Assembly (NCBI GenBank): GCA_017543335.1
Contig: JAFYGE010000013.1
Location: forward strand, 20,210-84,209
Length of the DNA stretch: 64,000 bases
Origin: Ruminococcus sp.
GTDB taxonomy: Bacteria; Bacillota; Clostridia; Oscillospirales; Ruminococcaceae
Direction of reading: 5' to 3'
Part shown: one piece after another, positions 57,701-64,000 of the stretch
Numbering within the stretch: position 1 is the stretch's first letter
How the letters are laid out: every line of letters begins with the position of its first letter
Position numbers and translations under genes: made by a program
The notes under the pieces: model-generated
The model's database searches: none
Told to the model about the DNA's origin: nothing
Seen by the model: only the letters and a program-made list of their open reading frames with translations

Positions 57701-57935
57701 TATCAACGAACTTGTCAAGCGGAGCATATTGTATCGCAGGTATTACTTCGTCCACTTCATGTCCAAGAATATTATCAAATCCCGGCTCACCTATAGTACC
57801 GAAAAGTGTTTTGCTATGCAAAATTTTTCCTGTACGCTCCCTTTCAGCGGCTGTTGATGCGAATGGTATGCTGAATTCAGCTGCAAGTGCAGCGGCGGAA
57901 AATACAGCAAATATTTTTTTCATTCTCCTGTTCAT
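54711..57935 (-). CDS. Secreted papain-family (C1A) cysteine protease with lectin-like region and C-terminal dockerin
   Basis: Signal peptide; VRNQGEYGSCW, NHAVTIAGW, KNSWG; C-terminal GDLNKDGSVDGTDA...GDMNESGDIDGSDASEIL dockerin. Confidence 0.9.
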   Translation of the reverse strand: MNRRMKKIFAVFSAAALAAEFSIPFASTAAERERTGKILHSKTLFGTIGEPGFDNILGHEVDEVIPAIQYAPLDKFVDIFGDEGELPAKFDMRKEGTISAVRNQGEYGSCWTHSSAASAESSVIGSEPSVDLSEFHTAYFSYYGEDRIDTGLTDPEEIIDYGGTPQIVINLWSQWAGPIYEEKMPYGDTDVFNDKSKLNKLKYDSDYHLENAYVMNYEKDKSNFAELNDAVKQFIYNGQAVDVSFYSDITLNYHSSYKTSNTNRPSRFCNHAVTIAGWDDTFPASKFKNSPAGNGAWLCKNSWGDNFDDHGYFWISYYDNSLTDFAVYQLGDKNNYKYNHQHDTYVPAISISPFDNEDENGAVYMANIFTAENDEQIKAVSTYFNEIGTKYEATVYTDLKDPKDPSSGTAAASASGASTIPGYVTIKLDNYAHVKKGKKFSVVIKMENEQTPCLIPTESAVYIKDIDNYKIIDIGSYSKSYIIDKYTNEGESFYSADSSNWYDVKDEVYEYTDEEKADYLESIRKQLYEDLDAELDVDMIKNADELYAYYEDLFTKGTLNTKLGNISIKAFGDPEGYVDFSHISGQVPLDEKVTLSAEDNDKIIFSENDSDYVKYSEPIVIDKEKKISANAGGVEFNERNYRPAKAEFNDLYYKGGAFGDFGKAKRISESEYLIETDMYTKSLKFFPVTNADVTLDGVSINAYELTDYITPEYGETVYNFTLKKENYLDNEVKVIVRKSPVEISLEYETLEYTGAMSVHTKDGREIEDGEYVGDLAGETLIAEVDGKEVECQVPERHDVSGLNIDFMSETLGYIPNETAELLEYSTSDSENETKYDPATARLIEGSWINSGMAMNKAFKVIPGEILSLKAKAGNGKFASKTERYEIPDAPEAPTEIPKYHSEDGKLVFDSFEYEFVKDGEIAESEIERLMNYYQENMGYDSADEFYKKMSERCGTDSYKLILNYCSGTWDTLAFNPDCPVYGEKFTVRKAATDTSFASKCIETVIYEKGDLNKDGSVDGTDAGIALRHYALVGGGEEGCIPKENYYLGDMNESGDIDGSDASEILALYAMRGIG

Positions 57936-57951
57936 AATTACCTCCCTGATT

Positions 57952-58107
57952 TTAATAATTGAGATGTTCCTTGAAATACTCCGGCAGTTTTTCAGCTATC
58001 TTAGTCAATGTATCCTTATCCAATCCGCCGTAATCCTCAGACAGATAGTCAAGTCTTGCCTGAACTAACTCAGCTATATCCTTTTCATCAGCTTTTCCAA
58101 ATTCCAT
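57952..58107 (-). pseudogene. Truncated GNAT acetyltransferase-like remnant (51 aa)
   Basis: Below the ORF-track size cutoff. Translates as MEFGKADEKDIAELVQARLDYLSEDYGGLDKDTLTKIAEKLPEYFKEHLNY*, resembling a GNAT N-terminus that stops before the acetyl-CoA-binding motif A. Confidence 0.55.
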
Positions 58108-58142
58108 ATTACACCACTTACCTTAAAATTATATTAAAACAG

Positions 58143-58184
58143 AAAGCCATAGTACTTCTCAGATCATCAGAAATACTATGGCTT
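58143..58184 (-). terminator. Hairpin after the acyl-CoA ligase fusion gene
   Basis: AAGCCATAGTA...TACTATGGCTT. Confidence 0.6.
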
Positions 58185-58217
58185 GAATTGATTATTAATA
58201 AGTTGTTACTTATTATA

Positions 58218-60746
58218 TTATGCTGTCTCTATGCTGCTTGCCTTATGGAGATCAAGCTTTTCAACAGCCATTTCTCTCATCTTATATTTGAGTATCTTTC
58301 CGGCAGCGTTCATCGGGAAGCCGTCAACGAAATCAACATATCTCGGACACTTATGCTTTGCCATTCTTGCAAGACAGAAGTCCTTTATCTCCTGCTCTGT
58401 AGCAGTTTCACCGTCCTGAAGAACGATACAAGCCATTATCTCCTCGCCGTAATCAGCATCAGGAACACCGATGACCTGAACATCCTTAACCTTCGGATAT
58501 GTATAGAGGAAATCCTCTATCTCCTTAGGATAGATATTCTCACCGCCACGGATTATCATATCCTTTATACGTCCGGTGATCTTGAAATATCCGTCAGAAG
58601 AACGTCTTCTTGCGAGGTCACCTGTATGGAGCCATCCCTCAGAATCGATAGCAGCGGCAGTAGCCTCAGGCATCTTGTAGTAGCCCTTCATTATATTGTA
58701 TCCTCTTGCAACGAACTCACCGTCAACATCGTCAGGTACTTCCTGATTAGTCTCAGGGTCAACTATCCTGCATTCAACACCGAAGATAGGACCTCCGACA
58801 GTATTAACTCTCTGTTCGATAGAGTCAGTAGTCTTACTCATTGTTGTAGCAGGAGAAGCCTCAGTCTGTCCGTAAGTGATACAGATCTCGGACATATGCA
58901 TCTTCTCGATAACTTCTTCCATTGTCTTTATAGGACAAGGTGAACCAGCCATGATACCTGTTCTCATATAAGAGAAATCGGTCTTATCAAAGTCCTCATG
59001 ACCAAGCATAGCGATGAACATTGTAGGAACACCGTGGAAGCAGGTTATCTTTTCTTTATTTATACAAGCAAGACCCTTTCTTGGAGAGAATCTTGTTATA
59101 GGTGACATTGTAACACCGTGAGTCATTGAAGCTGTCATAGCAAGCACCATGCCGAAGCAGTGGAACATAGGTACCTGTATCATCATACGGTCAGCAGTTG
59201 AGAGGTCCATACAGTCGCCGATAGCCTTACCGTTGTTTACTACATTATAATGTGTAAGCATAACTCCCTTAGGGAATCCGGTAGTTCCTGAAGTGTACTG
59301 CATATTAGCAACATCGTGGATATCTATAGTCTTTCTCACAGCTTCAACCTGACTGTAAGGAACTTTCTTGGACTCAGCCACAGCTTCTTCCCAAGTGAAG
59401 CATCCGTTATTCTTAGAATCGATAGTAATAACGTTCTTGAGGTATGGAAGCTTAGCGGATTCAAGCTTGCCCGGTTCACAGGTTTCAAGCTCCGGACAAA
59501 GCTCCTTGATGATATCAACATAATTGATATTCTTGATTCCGTCTATCATTACGAGAGTCATGGTATCGGACTGTTTAAGGAGATACTCAGCCTCATGTAT
59601 ACGGTACTCAGTGTTCATAGTTACGAGAACTGCACCGATCTTTGTGGTAGCCCAGAAAGTGATATACCACTGAGGTACATTAGTTGCCCAGATAGCAACA
59701 TGGTCGCCCTTCTTTACTCCCATTGCGAGAAGTGCACGGGCAAAAGTATCAACATCGTCTCTGAATTCAGGGTATGTGCGGTTATAATCGAGTTCAGTAT
59801 AACGGAAAGCATACTGATTAGGGAACTGTTCGCAGATACGGTCAAGAATATCAGGGAATGTGTAGTTGAGTATCTTTTCCTTTGGCCACGGATACTGACC
59901 GTCGCCACGCATATTAGTCTGCAAAGAGTGCTTGTGCTTCTTCTTATACGGAGCCATGTACTCAGCAAACTGAGGGATAACGATTCCTGCATCGCTGAGG
60001 TCTCTTGCCCAGCGTTTTACCCATTCAAGTGAGATATATCCGTTATAGTTTATAGCTTCAAGAGCTGCGATCATTTCCCTTACAGGAATATCGCCGCTGC
60101 CCATTATACGGTATTCCACATTACCGTCAGCACCTACGACGCTGTCCTTTACCTGAATGAACTTTATGTACTCACCGAGGTTAGCAACTGTCTGCTCCGG
60201 AGACTCACCGCCGAAACGGTAAGGATGATGCATATCCCAGAGAGCAGCTACCTTGCGGCTTCCGACTTTTTCAAGTACAGCAGCAAGTCTTGCAGTATTG
60301 CTGTAAACGCCGTTTGTCTCAACAAGGAGAGTTACATTGTACTCTTCAGCTACAGGAACGAGCTTTTTGAGAGTTTCAACGATATAATCATCGTCAACCT
60401 CGTCAACAGGCTTAGGACCTAAGTCGGCAAGAATTCTGATATAAGAAGCACCTATTTTATTTGCAAGCTGAGCATATGCAGTTATCTCTGCTTCTGCCTC
60501 ATCGTATTTATCCTTAAATTTTAGACAAGCACCAGAATCAAGGCATGGGATCTCAAGGCTTAGACTCTTTAGCTTTGCAATAGTTGCAGGGAGCTGAGAA
60601 TCAGTAAAGGGCTGAGCTTTAACAGAAAAGATCTCATTTCCAAGACCTCTTAGCTCGATTCCGTCAAATTTAAAATCCTTAGCCATTGAATATATGTCCG
60701 ACCAAGACCAGTCCGGACACGCAAGTGTGGAAAAGCTTATCTTCAT
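58218..60746 (-). CDS. Fusion protein: xylose-isomerase-like TIM barrel plus AMP-binding acyl-CoA synthetase
   Basis: Residues 1-270: FSTLACPDW, DGIELRG, LWDMHH, SLEW. Remainder: QYTSGTTGFPKG, YGQTE, GWLHTGD, GRIKDMIIRGGENIYP, GKILK. Confidence 0.88.
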   Translation of the reverse strand: MKISFSTLACPDWSWSDIYSMAKDFKFDGIELRGLGNEIFSVKAQPFTDSQLPATIAKLKSLSLEIPCLDSGACLKFKDKYDEAEAEITAYAQLANKIGASYIRILADLGPKPVDEVDDDYIVETLKKLVPVAEEYNVTLLVETNGVYSNTARLAAVLEKVGSRKVAALWDMHHPYRFGGESPEQTVANLGEYIKFIQVKDSVVGADGNVEYRIMGSGDIPVREMIAALEAINYNGYISLEWVKRWARDLSDAGIVIPQFAEYMAPYKKKHKHSLQTNMRGDGQYPWPKEKILNYTFPDILDRICEQFPNQYAFRYTELDYNRTYPEFRDDVDTFARALLAMGVKKGDHVAIWATNVPQWYITFWATTKIGAVLVTMNTEYRIHEAEYLLKQSDTMTLVMIDGIKNINYVDIIKELCPELETCEPGKLESAKLPYLKNVITIDSKNNGCFTWEEAVAESKKVPYSQVEAVRKTIDIHDVANMQYTSGTTGFPKGVMLTHYNVVNNGKAIGDCMDLSTADRMMIQVPMFHCFGMVLAMTASMTHGVTMSPITRFSPRKGLACINKEKITCFHGVPTMFIAMLGHEDFDKTDFSYMRTGIMAGSPCPIKTMEEVIEKMHMSEICITYGQTEASPATTMSKTTDSIEQRVNTVGGPIFGVECRIVDPETNQEVPDDVDGEFVARGYNIMKGYYKMPEATAAAIDSEGWLHTGDLARRRSSDGYFKITGRIKDMIIRGGENIYPKEIEDFLYTYPKVKDVQVIGVPDADYGEEIMACIVLQDGETATEQEIKDFCLARMAKHKCPRYVDFVDGFPMNAAGKILKYKMREMAVEKLDLHKASSIETA

Positions 60747-60881
60747 TTATATCATTCCTTTTCAATAAATATATACCAATTTACATTATAACACATATTT
60801 TTTCAAATTGCAATACTTAATTTTTATATTTAACGCAGATTTTTTCTAATTGGTAAATATTATTTCTATATATTTTACCCA

Positions 60882-61664
60882 TCACTTCTTTACTGCATAA
60901 TACGCAATGCCAAACCATTCACGCACCCAGTATGTCGGCAGAAGCCATGTTGAAGTTTTCGCAGAAATATTCCATGCTTCTATGCCGAGACTGTCCGCTA
61001 TCATCTCTGCACGAAGCTGATGATAGCCGTCCGTGACTAAAGTGATCTTTTCCGGAAGCTTCTCACGCTTGATAATGTCCATTGAGAATTTAAGGTTTTC
61101 CTCAGTATTTACGGACTTGTCCTCTTTATATATCCTGTCCGGAGCTATGCCACGCTCAGTCAGATATTCAAACATTGCCTGAGCTTCACTTTTAGACTCG
61201 TCCTTGCCCTGACCGCCGGAAACTACCACTTTTACGTCAGGTTCTTTTATAAGATAGTCATAAGCCGCATCAAGACGCTTTCTGAGCATACGTCCGGGAT
61301 AACCGTTTTTCACACGGCATCCGAGGACCACAACTGTTGTATTATTGTTATCAGGACGGTCATTCATAGTCCGCACCATAAACACGCTCATGACACAGGC
61401 TGCAATGACACAAAGTACTGCAATTCCGCAAAAAGTACATATAAATGCTTTACCGGCAGTACGCTCCCACAGTTTGCTTACGAGTGACGAGAAAGGTTTG
61501 AAAAAGACTGATACAGCCATTCCGACCGCTGATAATGCCATACCTACAATATTGCCCAGATTGATTATACTGCTGGAACACGGTGCAGCAAACACCATAA
61601 AAATCATAAAAGAAATGAGAGCCGGCAAAACTCTCATTCCTGTAACATCCATAAAATTTTTCAT
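60882..61664 (-). CDS. YdcF/SanA/ElyC (DUF218) family membrane protein
   Basis: VVLG, RLDAA, VSGGQG, EDKSVNTEEN, VTDGYHQLRA, RE motif. Confidence 0.9.
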   Translation of the reverse strand: MKNFMDVTGMRVLPALISFMIFMVFAAPCSSSIINLGNIVGMALSAVGMAVSVFFKPFSSLVSKLWERTAGKAFICTFCGIAVLCVIAACVMSVFMVRTMNDRPDNNNTTVVVLGCRVKNGYPGRMLRKRLDAAYDYLIKEPDVKVVVSGGQGKDESKSEAQAMFEYLTERGIAPDRIYKEDKSVNTEENLKFSMDIIKREKLPEKITLVTDGYHQLRAEMIADSLGIEAWNISAKTSTWLLPTYWVREWFGIAYYAVKK

Positions 61665-62509
61665 TATTCTCCTTTTTTCATTTTAGAAGCAAGTTTTAAG
61701 ATCCTGTCGAGATTTTCTTTGGTGGTAGTCTCACTTCCAAGATGAGTAGGAACGCTGTTATAAAGTCCGTGGAAGTCAGAGCCGCCGGTTTGAATAAGGT
61801 CATACTTCTCAGCTATCTCGGTAAGAGACTTTCTATACTCAGCGTCAGCCGAATGGTGACCTATCTCAACTCCGTCTATTTTTCCTTTTGAAGCGAGTTC
61901 TTCAAGCAGAGCCATATTATTATACTGTGCAGGGTGAGCCATAACAGCCACTCCCTTAGCAATATGTATGAGGTCGATAACAAAATTCACATCCGGATAC
62001 TCACGCTCAACGTAGCAGCTGCCAACTTCCGGATTGAACAATTCTCTGTCGAGTTCGCCGTAAAATTCCAGAGCATAGCCGTAGTCAATAAGTGCCCTCA
62101 TGATATGCTGTTTGAATATACTCTTTGATGATGTTGTGTGTTTAAGGATACTTTCGAGTGTGATCGGGTATTTCTCCATCACCTTTTCGATCATTTCCTT
62201 TGAACAAGCTTTTCTTATTTCACAGGACTTTAAGCAAAGTCCCTCAAGGCGATCGGGTTTTGAAGGTGCATAACACAAAATATGCACTTTACTGTTTCTG
62301 TCTTTATCCCATGCTGAAAGCTCAACTCCGTGAAGTATTTTTATTCCTGCACGATCAGCAAGAACATCCGCACGGGAAAACGAAGCCATAGTATCGTGAT
62401 CGGTGATAGAAAGCCAGTCTATACCTGTACGCTGTGCCTGAGCTATTATATCTTCAATACCCAAAGAGCCATCTGAAAGCTTAGTGTGACAATGCAGATC
62501 GCAGATCAT
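61664..62509 (-). CDS. PHP-domain phosphoesterase (TrpH/YciV-like)
   Basis: DLHCHTKLSDG, ITDHD, GVELS, VHIL, AHP, TGGSDFHG. Confidence 0.9.
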   Translation of the reverse strand: MICDLHCHTKLSDGSLGIEDIIAQAQRTGIDWLSITDHDTMASFSRADVLADRAGIKILHGVELSAWDKDRNSKVHILCYAPSKPDRLEGLCLKSCEIRKACSKEMIEKVMEKYPITLESILKHTTSSKSIFKQHIMRALIDYGYALEFYGELDRELFNPEVGSCYVEREYPDVNFVIDLIHIAKGVAVMAHPAQYNNMALLEELASKGKIDGVEIGHHSADAEYRKSLTEIAEKYDLIQTGGSDFHGLYNSVPTHLGSETTTKENLDRILKLASKMKKGE

Positions 62510-62665
62510 ATTTTTCTCCTCTCCACTCCATTTTGTTAAGAAGCGGATAACTAATTAAAATATTGGTTATGAAATAATATACAAAACCGACAATAATTAT
62601 AACACAGTATCCAATACATTACAAGTATATTGCACAAATTTTCATCTTCTTATCACATTTTCACT

Positions 62666-62709
62666 AAAAAGCACCATACTAAAATAAAGGAACTATTAGT
62701 ATGGTGCTA
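62666..62709 (-). terminator. Probable terminator downstream of rsmI
   Basis: AGCACCATACTAA...TTAGTATGGTGCT with a U tract on the minus strand. Confidence 0.65.
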
Positions 62710-62721
62710 TATTAATAACTA

Positions 62722-62879
62722 TTGCTCTCCCAATTAAACTTTGCCAGAAAGGCAAAGGCAGAAAGAAAATTTATCAAGGAAGAAAAATGCAGGAATGCTT
62801 ACGCATTTCAAGTTTTTCTGACGCTGAGAAATTTTCTTTCTGTCGAGCATTGGCTGGCAAGGTTTAGTTGGGGGAGCAA
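62722..62879. mobile_element. 158-bp MITE-like element, family A, long copy
   Basis: TIRs TTGCTCTCCCAATTAAACTTTGCCAG...CTGGCAAGGTTTAGTTGGGGGAGCAA, TA flanks, nested internal inverted repeats; homologous to 5084-5174. Confidence 0.78.
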
Positions 62880-62881
62880 TA

Positions 62882-63715
62882 TTATTTATCCTCGCAAAAA
62901 GCTGAGTACAACTCGCCTTTTCTGAAACCTGTTTCCTTGGCTATAGCCTTGCAGGCATCTGTTGGCTTCTCTCCGTGCTCTACGAGCATTCTTACCTGTT
63001 CAAGAGCCTGTTCAAGAGTAACTTCATCTCCGGAGTCCTGAGACTTGCCTTCAACAACAAGTACAAACTCCCCTTTCGGTTCGTTTTCATTATAGTAGTC
63101 GACTGCTTCACCGAGCGTGAATCGCAGAACTTCTTCGTGTATCTTGGTCAGTTCACGGCATATGGATATCTTACGTTCACTTCCGAAATGCTCAGCCATG
63201 TCAGAAAGAGTGCTTTTAAGTTTGTGCGGAGCTTCATAGAATATCATGACTCCTGTCTCATTGCGAAGGAGCTCAAAACGCTCATTCCGCTCCTTTTTAG
63301 GAACAGGAAGGAATCCCTCAAAAGTGAAACGCCTGATGCTTAGTCCGGACAAGGCTGCTGCTGAAACTACTGCACTTGGTCCCGGCACTACCTTGACATC
63401 TATACCATTCTCAGCACAAAGCTTAACGAGAACTTCTCCCGGGTCTGATATACACGGCATACCGGCATCAGTCACAATACCGCAGTTCTCGCCGGCAGCT
63501 ATCCTGTCAATTATTCTCCTTGCATCTGCCTGCGAACTATGCTCATGGAAGCTTACGAGCTGTTTCTTCAGTTCATATCGATTCAGCAGCTTCATTGTAA
63601 CACGAGTATCTTCAGCACATATAAAGTCCACTTCTTCCAGCATTTTCAGCTGACGCAGTGTAATATCTTCAAGATTTCCTATAGGAGTTCCTATAAGGTA
63701 GAGTGTACCGCTCAT
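62882..63715 (-). CDS. rsmI: 16S rRNA (cytidine1402-2'-O)-methyltransferase
   Basis: TPIGNLEDIT, AEDTR, DAGMPCISDPG, PGPSA, FEGFLP, RELTKIHEE. Confidence 0.97.
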   Translation of the reverse strand: MSGTLYLIGTPIGNLEDITLRQLKMLEEVDFICAEDTRVTMKLLNRYELKKQLVSFHEHSSQADARRIIDRIAAGENCGIVTDAGMPCISDPGEVLVKLCAENGIDVKVVPGPSAVVSAAALSGLSIRRFTFEGFLPVPKKERNERFELLRNETGVMIFYEAPHKLKSTLSDMAEHFGSERKISICRELTKIHEEVLRFTLGEAVDYYNENEPKGEFVLVVEGKSQDSGDEVTLEQALEQVRMLVEHGEKPTDACKAIAKETGFRKGELYSAFCEDK

Positions 63716-64000
63716 TTCTGCTCCTTTCCTGTGTCGTAAATTTTCTGTAGTTCATCGGAAAAACCGTTTTCACTGCGGATATATAACTGAGGCTCAACTT
63801 TCATAAACGGCTTCGAGCCTTTTTTTCCTTCTATCAGAAAAAGCCACGGAGCATCCTCCGGCGACTTTGAAACGAATCTAAGTCTTTTCGGCTCTATATT
63901 GTGACTTTTCATTGCGAATATGACATCGCTGAGTCTTTCAGGTCGGTTGCACACGCAAAGTCTGCCGCCGAATTTGAGCAGTCTTTCTGCCGCACGGCAT
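63712..64000 (-). CDS. TrmN6/YabB-like SAM-dependent methyltransferase, 3' part only
   Basis: LLKFGGRLCVCNRPERL...EPKRLRFV...LIEGKKG; usual position upstream of rsmI. The 5' end is outside the window. Confidence 0.8.
   Translation of the reverse strand, partial: CRAAERLLKFGGRLCVCNRPERLSDVIFAMKSHNIEPKRLRFVSKSPEDAPWLFLIEGKKGSKPFMKVEPQLYIRSENGFSDELQKIYDTGKEQK

Noticed and set aside
58008-60032. Long plus-strand ORFs 58008-58943 and 59316-60032
   Set aside because: They are antisense to the well-supported acyl-CoA ligase fusion gene and have no motifs.

Overview
A 64 kb, roughly 40% GC chromosomal window from a cellulosome-type Firmicute. Dockerin proteins, sigK and the gene order suggest a Ruminococcus flavefaciens-like organism (inference). 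Most genes are housekeeping: a type IIA topoisomerase B/A pair, copA, a MoxR-DUF58-transglutaminase operon, prfA-sua5-coaE-M18 aminopeptidase, a long rpe-rnfDEA-like-hprK-murB-rapZ-whiA-dnaE-pfkA run, sigK, dnaD/dnaC-like genes, a cobalamin-riboswitch-controlled ECF uptake operon, pncA-nadE, a sugar ABC transporter and rsmI. I saw no rRNA, tRNA, CRISPR array or transposase. The best candidate for a new system is a three-gene operon at 46963-48878. It encodes a small lipoprotein and a small secreted dockerin protein that share a leader and carry (V/I/L)YGP motifs, followed by a radical SAM/SPASM maturase, which suggests post-translationally modified cell-surface or cellulosome proteins. Other notable items are an RnfD/E/A-like trio lacking most cofactor ligands, a promoter-to-terminator sRNA candidate, two MITE-like families, an ATT-initiated whiA, transcobalamin-like B12-capture surface proteins, a DUF6688-like gene inside the topoisomerase operon and a truncated GNAT remnant. 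Family assignments come from motif recognition by eye; no database searches were run.
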